Source: Macrostomum lignano (lineage: Eukaryota). From it: DNA of 64,000 nucleotides. Under the pieces are notes generated by a model that did not search any database, was not told the DNA's origin, and saw only the letters and a program-made list of their open reading frames with translations. Both the position numbers and the translations under genes were made by a program. Within the stretch, counting starts at the first letter, position 1. Each line of letters begins with the position of its first letter. Positions 1 to 11,633 of this stretch are shown here, piece by piece. The stretch spans positions 62,001-126,000 of the forward strand of contig NIVC01000887.1 in assembly GCA_002269645.1 (NCBI GenBank). Reading direction: 5' to 3'.

Positions 1-405
1 CCACGCCCCTGGCATTAGTTAGTCTAGTGGTATAGTGGGGGCTGGCCGCCCCCACGCCCCTGGCATTAGTTAGTCTAGTGGTATAGTAGGGGGCTGGCCG
101 CCCCCCACGCCCCTGGCATTTATTAGTCTAGTGGTATAGTGGGGGCTGGCCGCCCCCACGCCCCTGGCATTAGTTTCTCTAGTGGTATAGTGGGGGCTGG
201 CCGCCCCCACGCCCCTGGCATTAGTTAGTCTAGTGGTATAGTGGGGGCTGGCCGCCCCCCACGCCACTGGCATTAGTTAGTCTAGTGGTATAGTGGGGGC
301 TGGCCGCCCCCACACCCCTGGCATTAGTTTCTCTAGTGGTATAGTGGGGAGTTGGCCGCCCCACGCCCCTGGCATTAGTTTGTCTAGTGGTATAGTGGAG
401 GGCTG
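1..405. repeat. 51-bp tandem array (CCACGCCCCTGGCATTAGTTAGTCTAGTGGTATAGTGGGGGCTGGCCGCCC) in unit A
   Basis: Directly visible tandem copies, truncated by the window start. Confidence 0.95.
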
Positions 406-410
406 GCCGC

Positions 411-715
411 CCCCACACCCCCGCTCCCCCACCCCTCCCGCGCGTTGTTGTTGGGGAGGGTGGTTGTTGTTGTGGGGTTTGCGTAACGTGGGGGCTGCCG
501 CCCCCACACCCCCGCTCCCCCACCCCTCCCGCGCGTTGTTGTTGGGGAGGGTGGTTGTTGTTGTGGGGTTTGCGTAACGTGGGGGCTGCCGCCCCCACAC
601 CCCCGCTCCCCCACCCCTCCCGCACATTGTTGTTGGGGAGGGTGGTTGTTGTTGTGGGGTTTGCGTAACGTGGGGGCTGCCGCCCCCACACCCCCGCTCC
701 CCCACCCCACCCCTC
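411..715. repeat. ~90-bp GC-rich tandem repeat x3, specific to unit A
   Basis: Three copies of CCCCACACCCCCGCTCCCCCACCCCTCCCGCGCGTTGTTGTTGGGGAGGG...GCGTAACGTGGGGGCTGCCG; absent from B and C. Confidence 0.9.
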
Positions 716-989
716 CGCAACTTTTCCCACCTCTAACACATCTTTTTAGCATGCTAAAACTGCTTGTAAGCCTTTGGCGACCGCGCAACACATGATACTT
801 GCCGATATGTATCGTAATATTCTTTCTGCACTAACAAATCATCTGTGCCGCACTTTCAGCTTCACTCTTACTCTTTAATAAGGTATAGAAGGAAAGGAAA
901 ATTAAACAATCAATATTAAATTATATTCAAGTGAAAGAGAATTGAAAATACTAATAAATCCGTTCCTGCTAAAAAATTAAATATAAAAA

Positions 990-1070
990 AAACTTGGCCC
1001 ACTTGGGATTCGAACCCGTGTTTAGGCCATTTACAAAGCAACTGCCTTCGGCCCCGATCCATCTCTTACT
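990..1070 (-). other. tRNA-derived Pol III-like module (B box intact, A box degenerate)
   Basis: On the - strand GGTTCGAATCC (1006-1016) is followed ~15 nt later by a T8 run. No cloverleaf. Confidence 0.45.
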
Positions 1071-2538
1071 TAAGCGAAGCTCTACAGTGCACGCCGTTTA
1101 TATCGAATATTCCCTATGGTAGCCACTTTTACGATTTTTGCTGCTTTTTCATACATTTCTGCTCGCTGCATCGCAGCGCCTTCATCTAAAAATGCGAGTC
1201 GCATGTCGTTACAGAGATAACATCAAGGCGCATTCATCTAATGCATTTTTAAAGTATGTCAACAAATTTTACGCCTCCTAGGCGCCAAATTGTGCATTTT
1301 CACCTGTTCTGACAGGTATTCAAACAGGTATTAAGACCTATTAACTTAAGAATCAGTTTTCAAAACTAATTTAGTTGCACAGTGCATCCATAGTGCTGTT
1401 TTTAGACACCAAAATTGAGTCTCTAGGCCTTGCCAATGCAGAGTTATTAGCAAAAGTATGCTCAAAATTTGCCCAAAAATAGCCTTCTCAAAATTCGGAG
1501 CCAATTTTCTCAAAAATACGAATTTTCCAGCCATATTGGCGTATGACCGGTGTAACTTCATCTATTCGACTAAACAATATTGAAAATGCAGAAAAATCGG
1601 TGCGCAAAATTTCTTATTTTTCCACTTCAAAGTTTGTACCCCAAAATGGGCCGTTTTTCACTTAACAGGTAAAAAGTACCTGTTAACAGGGGTTTTTTCA
1701 GGAGTGTCTTATGTCATTCAAAAGGGCATCCGATGGGCTACAATTTGACGCCATACTCGAAAAACTTTGCCCCATTTTAAAAAAATTTCCTTAACAACGT
1801 CTGATTTTCTGCAGTGCCCCCCGGCCTCTTTTTTCCCTGGTTTTCGGGTCACTGCTCAGCACAGGTAGGTCCAAATGCTTAGAAAATTTAGGAAAACAAA
1901 TTTCCATATGTTTGACACATCGTGTTAAAGTCTCACCACTGTAGCATAAAACACTTTTTCAAGTTTGAGGACTACTTTTTTAAAACGTGACCCAATTTTT
2001 TGAAAATGTCGTTTTTAGGCACTCTTTGGCACCTGGGCAGGTTATTGATGGCCCAATAAGCCAAATCTCGATGTTTCCGAATAGAAGACATCTATTTGAG
2101 TAATTTGGTGTAGAAATATTAAAAAATAAAGTTTTTAATCTCGACGAGATAGGCCTCACAAAAGTGCACTAAAAATTTGTACTTTTAAAGTGCAGATAGG
2201 CAGCCATGTGAAAAGTACATTTTAGCCCTAAAAACTATAGCGCATCAAACAGCCCCAGGTGTTATTGACGCTATGAGGCAGCTCAAAGGCCGCGCTATCG
2301 CGCGTCCTTTTCGCTGCGGTGAGGCAAAGTTGGAAAAAATGCCAATTTTTCGACCTCAAAAAACACGTTTTTTGTACTTTTAGCCTAGACGTTAAAGTAC
2401 AATAAAAAAATCCATTTCTGATCATTGTAGCGTTCGAATGCCCGCGTTTACTGAGCCAGCCCGCTAAGCGCTGCCATATTCTCAATCCTTATTTTTTGAG
2501 ATCAAAGTTTTTGACAAAGTCGAAAAAACGCAGTTTTT

Positions 2539-2576
2539 GGTTGCCATGGCAACCAAAACGCATTGCCATGGCAACC
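2539..2576. promoter_or_regulatory. RFX X-box-like palindrome doublet (GGTTGCCATGGCAACC + TTGCCATGGCAA); copies at 6721-6758 and 10900-10937
   Basis: A perfect 16-bp palindrome containing GTTGCCATGGCAAC plus a second near-perfect copy 24 bp away; identical in all three units. Confidence 0.45.
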
Positions 2577-2931
2577 AACTATTGTGCATCCGATAGCGCT
2601 AGGTCTTTGACACATTTTGGCAAAAACCGTTTGTAAATTGGTCGTACCGTTTTTTATTGGCAGCGTTTAAAAGTTGAAAAACGTCATTTTTAGTGTGTGC
2701 AACCACGTTACATCTTATCAGGGACGATTTCGCAAAAGTAAGCACCATAGAAAAAAATTCTCGCTTCGCTCGCCTTTTTTTCTATACTACTTACTGGCTC
2801 ATCGTCCCACAACTAGTGAATGAAGACGCTGTCGTCTTCAAAGGTGGGACGATGGGTATATATTGGCTTATTATCTTTTATGGCTTAAATTAAATTGTGT
2901 TTCACCCAAAGTAAGGGCTAAAAAGCCCCCC

Positions 2932-3968
2932 CACACCCTTGGCATTAGTTAGTCTATAGGTATAGTGGGGGGCTGGCCGCCCCCCACGCCCCTGGCATTA
3001 GTTAGTCTAGTGGTATAGTGGGGGCTGGCCGCCCCCCACGCCCCTGGCATTAGTTAGTCTAGTGGTATAGTGGTATAGTGGGGGCTAGCCGCCCCCACAC
3101 CCCTGGCATTAGTTAGTCTAGTGGTATAGTGGGGGCTGGCCGCCCCCACGCCCCTGGCATTTATTAGTCTAGTGGTATAGTGGGGGCTGGCCGCCCCCAC
3201 GCCCCTGGCATTTATTAGTCTAGTGGTATAGTGGGGAGCTGGCCGCCCCCCACGCCCCTGGCATTAGTTAGTCTAGTGGTATAGTGGGGGGCTGGCCGCC
3301 CCCCACGCCCCTGGCATTAGTTAGTCTAGTGGTATAGTGGGGGCTGGCCGCCCCCACGCCCCTGGCATTTATTAGTCTAGTGGTATAGTGGGGGGCTCGC
3401 CGCCCCCACGCCCCTGGCATTAGTTAGTCTAGTGGTATAGTGGGGGGCTGGCCGCCCCCCACGCCCCTGGCATTTATTAGTCTAGTGGTATAGTGGGGGG
3501 CTCGCCGCCCCCACGCCCCTGGCATTAGTTAGTCTAGTGGTATAGTGGGGGCTGGCCGCCCCCACGCCCCTGGCATTAGTTAGTCTAGTGGTATAGTGGG
3601 GGCTGGCCGCCCCCCACGCCCCTGGCATTAGTTAGTCTAGTGGTATAGTTGGGGGCTGGCCGCCCCCACGCCCCTGGCATTAGTTAGTCTAGTGGTATAG
3701 TGGGGGCTGGCCGCCCCCCACGCCCCTGGCATTAGTTAGTCTAGTGGTATAGTGGTATAGTGGGGGGCTAGCCGCCCCCCACGCCCCTGGCATTAGTTAG
3801 TCTAGTGGTATAGTGGGGGGCTGGCCGCCCCCCACGCCCCTGGCATTAGTTAGTCTAGTGGTATAGTGGGGGGCTGGCCGCCCCCCACGCCCCTGGCATT
3901 AGTTAGTCTAGTGGTATAGTGGGGGCTGGCCGCCCCCACGCCCCTGGCATTAGTTAGTCTAGTGGTAA
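2932..3968. repeat. 51-bp tandem array (~20 copies) in unit B
   Basis: Same unit as 1-405; variation mostly in G/C run lengths and TTAGTT/TTTATT. Confidence 0.95.
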
Positions 3969-4289
3969 AGGGGGGCTGGCTCCCCCACCGCTCCACCACC
4001 CCTCGAGAACTTTTTCCACATCTAAACACGTCTTTGTAATATGTTACAACTATATTCTAACCTTCAAACGACCAGACATCAAATACTTGCTTGCCGACAT
4101 GCATCGTAATATACTTTTTGCACTAACAATCATACGTGCCGCACTAAAAGATTCACTGTTACTCTTTAAATACGTATAAAAAGAAAAATAAATTTAAATA
4201 AATGTAATTTAATTGTATAAAAAACATAATAGTTAGAGAAATAAAAATACTAAAAATCTGTTTGCTCTAAAAGAACTTTAAACTAAAAA

Positions 4290-4367
4290 TTTTTCGGATC
4301 TCTTGGGAATCGAACCCTGCAGCACTCAATTATATGGAAACTAACTCTGCCACTGAGCCACAAATTG
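4290..4367 (-). other. tRNA-derived Pol III-like module (A box + B box + T-run)
   Basis: On the - strand: A box TGGCTCAGTGG (4350-4360) with D-arm GCTC..GAGT, B box GGTTCGATTCC (4306-4316) at tRNA spacing, then TTTTT. Acceptor and anticodon stems do not pair. Confidence 0.55.
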
Positions 4368-7114
4368 CTTACTAATTGGCCTATAGTACACGTATTTTAT
4401 ATCGAATATCGCTAATAGCAGCCATTTCTACCATTTTTGCTGCTTTTTCATACATTTCTGCTCGTTGCATCGCAACGCTTCTACCTAAAAATACGAGTCG
4501 CATGTCGTTACAGAGATAACATCAAGGCGCATTCATCCAATGCATTTTCAAATTATGTCAACAAATTTTTCGGCTGCTAGGCGCCAAAATATTAATTTTT
4601 ACCTGTTCTGACAGGTATTCAAACAGGTATCAAGACCTGTTAACTTAAGAATCAGTTTTCAAAACTGATTTAGCTGCATAATGCATCCATAGTGCTGTTT
4701 TTAGACACCAAACTTGAGTCTCTAGGCCTTGCCAATGCAGAGTTATTACCAAAATTATGTTTAAAATTTGCCCAAAAATGGCCTTCTCAAAATTCGGAGC
4801 CAATTTTCTCAAAAATACGAATTTTCCAGCCATATTGGTGTATGACCGGTGAAACTTCAGCTATTCGACTAAACAATATTGAAAATGCAGAAAAATCGGT
4901 GCGCAAAATTTCTTATTTTTTGACTTCAAAGTTTGTACCCCAAAAAGGGCCGTTTTTCAATTAACAGGTAAAAAGTACCTGTTAACAGGGTTTTTTTCCA
5001 GAGTGTCTTGCGCCATTCGAACGGGCATCCGATGGGCTACAATTTGACACCACACTCGAAAAAATTCGCCCAGTAATAAAAATTTTTCTTTAACAACATA
5101 TGGTTTTTTGGTCGAGTCCCCCGGCCTCTTTTTTCCCCGGTTTCCGGGTCACTGCTCCGCACAGGTAGGTCCAAATGCTTAGAAAATTTAGGAAAACAAA
5201 TTTCCATATGTTTGACACGTTTTGTTAAAATCTCGACACCGTAGCTTAAAACACTTTCTTATTTTTGGAGACTACTTTTTGAAAACGTGACCCAAATTTT
5301 CAAAAACACTGTTTTTGACCCTTGTAGCCATATAGAGCAGCAATGAATGGCCCAATCAAGCAGATCTCAGCATTTCCGAATAGAAGACATCCATTTGAGT
5401 GATTTGGGTTGAAAAATTGAAAAAATCAAGATTTGCATCTGTATAGGATAAGCCTCTTTAAAGTGCACAAACGGTTTGTACTTTTAAAGTGCAGATAGGC
5501 AGCCATGTCAAAAGTACATTTTAGCCCAAAAAATTATAGCGCATCTAAAAGCCCCAGGTGTTGTTGACATTAGGCAGCAGCTCAAAAGCCGCGCTATTGC
5601 GCGTCCTTTTCGCTGCAGTACAGGCAAGGTTGAAAAACATGTACAAAAAATTGACCGAAAAATTGCATTTTTAAAAATCAGATGCAGTTTGCTCAAAAAT
5701 ACGAATTTTCCAGCCATATTGGCGTATGACCGGTGAAACTTTAGCTATTCGACTAAACTATATTGAAAATTAAGAAAAATCGGTGCGCAAAATTTCTTAT
5801 TTTTCCACTCCAAAGTTTGTACCCCAAAATGGGCCGTTTTTCAATTAACAGGTAAAAAGTACCTGTTAACAGGGGTTTTTTCCAGAGTGTCGTACGTCGT
5901 TCAAACGGGCTTCCGATAGGCTACAATCTGACACTACACTCGAAAAACTTCGCCCCATTTTAAAAAAATTTCCTTAACAACGTTTGATTTTCTGCAGAGC
6001 CCCCGGGCCCTTTTTTCCCTGGTTTCCGGGTCACTGCTCAGCACAGGTAGGTCCAAATGCTTAGAAAATTTGGGAAAACAAATTTCCAAATGTTTGACAC
6101 GTTGTGTTAAAGTCTCAACACCGTAGCATAAAACACTTTCTTATTTTTTGGGACTACTTTTTAAAAACGTAACCCAATTTTTCGAAAATGTCGTTTTTAG
6201 GCACTCTTTGGCACCTGGGCAGGTTATTGATGGCCCAATCGGCCAGATCTCGATGTTTCTGATTAAAAGACATCCATTTGAGTAATGTGGTGTAGAAATA
6301 TTAAAAAATAAAGTTTTTAATCTCGACGAGATAGGCCTCTAAAAAGTGCACTAAAAATTTGTACTTTTAAACAGCAGATAGGCAGCCATGTGAAAAGTAC
6401 ATTTTAGCCCAAAAAACTATACCGCATCAAACAGCCCCAAGTGTTTTTGAGGCTTGGAGGCAGCTCAAAGGCCGCGCTATCGCGCGTCCTTTTCGCTGCG
6501 GTAAGGCAAAGTTGGAAAAAATGCCAATTTTTCGACCTCAAAAAACACGTTTTTTGTACTTTTACCCTAAAAGTTAAAGTACAATCAAAAAATCCATTTC
6601 GGATCATTGTAGCGTTTGAATGCCCGCGTTTACTGAGCCCACTCGCTAAGCGCTGCCATATTCTCAATCCTTATTTTTTGAGATCAAATTTTTTGACAAT
6701 GTCGAAAAAACGCAGTTTTTGGTTGCCATGGCAACCAAAACGCATTGCCATGGCAACCAACTATTGTGCATCCGATAGTGCTAGGTCTTTGACACATTTT
6801 GGCAAAAACTGTTTGTAAATCGGTCGTACCGTTTTTTATGCGCAGCGTTTCAAAGTTGAAAAACGTCATTTTCCTATGTGACACCGTTGCTACATCTTAT
6901 CAGGGACGATTTCGCAAAAGTAAGCAGCATAGAAAAAAATTCTCGCTTCGCTCGCCTTTTTTTCTATACTACTTACTGGCTCCATCGTCCCACAACTAGT
7001 GAATGAAGACGCTGTCGTCTTCAAAGGTGGGACGATGGGTATATATTGGCTTATTATCTTTTATGGCTTAAATTAAATTGTGTTTCACCCAAAGTAAGGG
7101 CTAAAAAGCCCCCC

Positions 7115-8147
7115 CACACCCTTGGCATTAGTTAGTCTATAGGTATAGTGGGGGGCTGGCCGCCCCCCACGCCCCTGGCATTAGTTAGTCTAGTGGTATA
7201 GTGGGGGGCTGGCCGCCCCCCACGCCCCTGGCATTAGTTAGTCTAGTGGTATAGTGGTATAGTGGGGGCTAGCCGCCCCCACACCCCTGGCATTAGTTAG
7301 TCTAGTGGTATAGTGGGGGCTGGCCGCCCCCACGCCCCTGGCATTTATTAGTCTAGTGGTATAGTGGGGGCTGGCCGCCCCCACGCCCCTGGCATTTATT
7401 AGTCTAGTGGTATAGTGGGGAGCTGGCCGCCCCCACGCCCCTGGCATTAGTTAGTCTAGTGGTATAGTGGGGGGCTGGCCGCCCCCACGCCCCTGGCATT
7501 AGTTAGTCTAGTGGTATAGTGGGGGGCTGGCCGCCCCCACGCCCCTGGCATTTATTAGTCTAGTGGTATAGTGGGGGGCTCGCCGCCCCCACGCCCCTGG
7601 CATTAGTTAGTCTAGTGGTATAGTGGGGGCTGGCCGCCCCCCACGCCCCTGGCATTTATTAGTCTAGTGGTATAGTGGGGGGCTCGCCGCCCCCACGCCC
7701 CTGGCATTAGTTAGTCTAGTGGTATAGTGGGGGGCTGGCCGCCCCCCACGCCCCTGGCATTAGTTAGTCTAGTGGTATAGTGGGGGCTGGCCGCCCCCAC
7801 GCCCCTGGCATTAGTTAGTCTAGTGGTATAGTTGGGGGCTGGCCGCCCCCACGCCCCTGGCATTAGTTAGTCTAGTGGTATAGTGGGGGCTGGCCGCCCC
7901 CACGCCCCTGGCATTAGTTAGTCTAGTGGTATAGTGGTATAGTGGGGGCTAGCCGCCCCCACGCCCCTGGCATTAGTTAGTCTAGTGGTATAGTGGGGGC
8001 TGGCCGCCCCCACGCCCCTGGCATTAGTTAGTCTAGTGGTATAGTGGGGGCTGGCCGCCCCCCACGCCCCTGGCATTAGTTAGTCTAGTGGTATAGTGGG
8101 GGGCTGGCCGCCCCCCACGCCCCTGGCATTAGTTAGTCTAGTGGTAA
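7115..8147. repeat. 51-bp tandem array (~20 copies) in unit C
   Basis: Same order of repeat variants as the unit B array. Confidence 0.95.
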
Positions 8148-8468
8148 AGGGGGGCTGGCTCCCCCACCGCTCCACCACCCCTCGAGAACTTTTTCCACAT
8201 CTAAACACGTCTTTGTAATATGTTACAACTATATTCTAACCTTCAAACGACCAGACATCAAATACTTGCTTGCCGACATGCATCGTAATATACTTTTTGC
8301 ACTAACAATCATACGTGCCGCACTAAAAGATTCACTGTTACTCTTTAAATACGTATAAAAAGAAAAATAAATTTAAATAAATGTAATTTAATTGTATAAA
8401 AAACATAATAGTTAGAGAAATAAAAATACTAAAAATCTGTTTGCTCTAAAAGAACTTTAAACTAAAAA

Positions 8469-8546
8469 TTTTTCGGATCTCTTGGGAATCGAACCCTGCA
8501 GCACTCAATTATATGGAAACTAACTCTGCCACTGAGCCACAAATTG
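8469..8546 (-). other. tRNA-derived Pol III-like module (copy in unit C)
   Basis: Same sequence as the unit B module, at +4179. Confidence 0.55.
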
Positions 8547-11189
8547 CTTACTAATTGGCCTATAGTACACGTATTTTATATCGAATATCGCTAATAGCAG
8601 CCATTTCTACCATTTTTGCTGCTTTTTCATACATTTCTGCTCGTTGCATCGCAACGCTTCTACCTAAAAATACGAGTCGCATGTCGTTACAGAGATAACA
8701 TCAAGGCGCATTCATCCAATGCATTTTCAAATTATGTCAACAAATTTTTCGGCTGCTAGGCGCCAAAATATTAATTTTTACCTGTTCTGACAGGTATTCA
8801 AACAGGTATCAAGACCTGTTAACTTAAGAATCAGTTTTCAAAACTGATTTAGCTGCATAATGCATCCATAGTGCTGTTTTTAGACACCAAACTTGAGTCT
8901 CTAGGCCTTGCCAATGCAGAGTTATTACCAAAATTATGTTTAAAATTTGCCCAAAAATGGCCTTCTCAAAATTCGGAGCCAATTTTCTCAAAAATACGAA
9001 TTTTCCAGCCATATTGGTGTATGACCGGTGAAACTTCAGCTATTCGACTAAACAATATTGAAAATGCAGAAAAATCGGTGCGCAAAATTTCTTATTTTTT
9101 GACTTCAAAGTTTGTACCCCAAAAAGGGCCGTTTTTCAATTAACAGGTAAAAAGTACCTGTTAACAGGGTTTTTTTCCAGAGTGTCTTGCGCCATTCGAA
9201 CGGGCATCCGATGGGCTACAATTTGACACCACACTCGAAAAAATTCGCCCAGTAATAAAAATTTTTCTTTAACAACATATGGTTTTTTGGTCGAGTCCCC
9301 CGGCCTCTTTTTTCCCCGGTTTCCGGGTCACTGCTCCGCACAGGTAGGTCCAAATGCTTAGAAAATTTAGGAAAACAAATTTCCATATGTTTGACACGTT
9401 TTGTTAAAATCTCGACACCGTAGCTTAAAACACTTTCTTATTTTTGGAGACTACTTTTTGAAAACGTGACCCAAATTTTCAAAAACACTGTTTTTGACCC
9501 TTGTAGCCATATAGAGCAGCAATGAATGGCCCAATCAAGCAGATCTCAGCATTTCCGAATAGAAGACATCCATTTGAGTGATTTGGGTTGAAAAATTGAA
9601 AAAATCAAGATTTGCATCTGTATAGGATAAGCCTCTTTAAAGTGCACAAACGGTTTGTACTTTTAAAGTGCAGATAGGCAGCCATGTCAAAAGTACATTT
9701 TAGCCCAAAAAATTATAGCGCATCTAAAAGCCCCAGGTGTTGTTGACATTAGGCAGCAGCTCAAAAGCCGCGCTATTGCGCGTCCTTTTCGCTGCAGTAC
9801 AGGCAAGGTTGAAAAACATGTACAAAAAATTGACCGAAAAATTGCATTTTTAAAAATCAGATGCAGTTTGCTCAAAAATACGAATTTTCCAGCCATATTG
9901 GCGTATGACCGGTGAAACTTTAGCTATTCGACTAAACTATATTGAAAATTAAGAAAAATCGGTGCGCAAAATTTCTTATTTTTCCACTCCAAAGTTTGTA
10001 CCCCAAAATGGGCCGTTTTTCAATTAACAGGTAAAAAGTACCTGTTAACAGGGGTTTTTTCCAGAGTGTCGTACGTCGTTCAAACGGGCTTCCGATAGGC
10101 TACAATCTGACACTACACTCGAAAAACTTCGCCCCATTTTAAAAAAATTTCCTTAACAACGTTTGATTTTCTGCAGAGCCCCCGGGCCCTTTTTTCCCTG
10201 GTTTCCGGGTCACTGCTCAGCACAGGTAGGTCCAAATGCTTAGAAAATTTGGGAAAACAAATTTCCAAATGTTTGACACGTTGTGTTAAAGTCTCAACAC
10301 CGTAGCATAAAACACTTTCTTATTTTTTGGGACTACTTTTTAAAAACGTAACCCAATTTTTCGAAAATGTCGTTTTTAGGCACTCTTTGGCACCTGGGCA
10401 GGTTATTGATGGCCCAATCGGCCAGATCTCGATGTTTCTGATTAAAAGACATCCATTTGAGTAATGTGGTGTAGAAATATTAAAAAATAAAGTTTTTAAT
10501 CTCGACGAGATAGGCCTCTAAAAAGTGCACTAAAAATTTGTACTTTTAAACAGCAGATAGGCAGCCATGTGAAAAGTACATTTTAGCCCAAAAAACTATA
10601 CCGCATCAAACAGCCCCAAGTGTTTTTGAGGCTTGGAGGCAGCTCAAAGGCCGCGCTATCGCGCGTCCTTTTCGCTGCGGTAAGGCAAAGTTGGAAAAAA
10701 TGCCAATTTTTCGACCTCAAAAAACACGTTTTTTGTACTTTTACCCTAAAAGTTAAAGTACAATCAAAAAATCCATTTCGGATCATTGTAGCGTTTGAAT
10801 GCCCGCGTTTACTGAGCCCACTCGCTAAGCGCTGCCATATTCTCAATCCTTATTTTTTGAGATCAAATTTTTTGACAATGTCGAAAAAACGCAGTTTTTG
10901 GTTGCCATGGCAACCAAAACGCATTGCCATGGCAACCAACTATTGTGCATCCGATAGTGCTAGGTCTTTGACACATTTTGGCAAAAACTGTTTGTAAATC
11001 GGTCGTACCGTTTTTTATGCGCAGCGTTTCAAAGTTGAAAAACGTCATTTTCCTATGTGACACCGTTGCTACATCTTATCAGGGACGATTTCGCAAAAGT
11101 AAGCAGCATAGAAAAAAATTCTCGCTTCGCTCGCCTTTTTTTCTATACTACTTACTGGCTCCATCGTCCCACAACTAGATGGACCACTC

Positions 11190-11580
11190 AGTTCATTTGC
11201 GTGTAAGCTACTTTCAATTCAGTAGTAAGCTAAACAGAAGCATTTTAATGTATTTTTAAAGCCAAGGCTCATTCATTGGCTCTTACTCCCCCCCCCCCAG
11301 CTAAAAGCCCCAAACCGCGCCTTTCCACACTAGCACCCGCCTTGCCCCAATTTTTATTGCTTTTACTCAGAATTCCAGCCTAAAGCTGCCATGTACATTT
11401 CAGTGGACTGGCTAATGTACATGATTGCTGAACCAATTAGCAAGTTGTTTACGCCTGCAAGCTTGGGCTTCTAACTTATCATATCAAAGTCGTTTCAGCT
11501 GACTTTATTTTTATGAAATAGCTTTTGTATTCTTCTTTGCTACTGAACTGAAAGTAGAAAGCTGCTTTACTAAGTATATT
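11190..11580 (+). repeat. Diverged dispersed repeat; inverted partner at ~13690-14125
   Basis: Shared blocks such as CATTTGCGT..AGCTACTTTCA..TCAGTAGTAAG, ATGTACATTTCA and TTGCTGAACCAATTAGCAAGT match the reverse complement of 13690-14125. Confidence 0.7.
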
Positions 11581-11633
11581 TGCCTGAGTGGCTTATCTAG
11601 TTAATTTACGGCTCAAACTGCCAACGCCAACAG

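Larger units (their letters stand above)
1..2816 (-). mobile_element. Helitron2/Helentron-like non-autonomous element, unit A (diverged variant; 3' end lies beyond window start)
   Basis: Homologous to units B and C. On the - strand it starts TTGTGGGACGATG at 2812, directly after the CTAG (2813-2816). No TSD and no Rep/Hel ORF. Confidence 0.6.
2817..6999 (-). mobile_element. Helitron2/Helentron-like non-autonomous element, unit B (~4.18 kb)
   Basis: On the - strand the 5' end is TTGTGGGACGATGG and the 3' end is (C)CATCGTCCCAC (inverted subterminal repeat) + CTT + hairpin TGAAGACG-ACAG-CGTCTTCA + TTCACTAG. Exact head-to-tail junctions at ~2816/2817 and ~6999/7000; placement of the shared CTAG is ambiguous by 4 nt. 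Confidence 0.65.
7000..11178 (-). mobile_element. Helitron2/Helentron-like non-autonomous element, unit C (near-identical to B, offset 4179 bp)
   Basis: The ORF track repeats at +4179 (e.g. 4645/8824, 6441/10620). Homology stops abruptly after CTAG at 11178. Confidence 0.65.

Noticed and set aside
4290-4367. Functional tRNA gene
   Set aside because: The D-arm and T-loop motifs are present, but the acceptor and anticodon stems do not pair.
1-8147. 51-bp arrays as CRISPR arrays
   Set aside because: The repeats abut with no unique spacers, no cas genes are present, and the context is eukaryotic with spliced genes.
1346-11178. Short ORFs repeated in the Helitron-like units (e.g. 6441-6818, 4692-4964)
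   Set aside because: AT-rich, no recognisable domain, frames not conserved between unit A and B/C; no Rep/Hel motifs.
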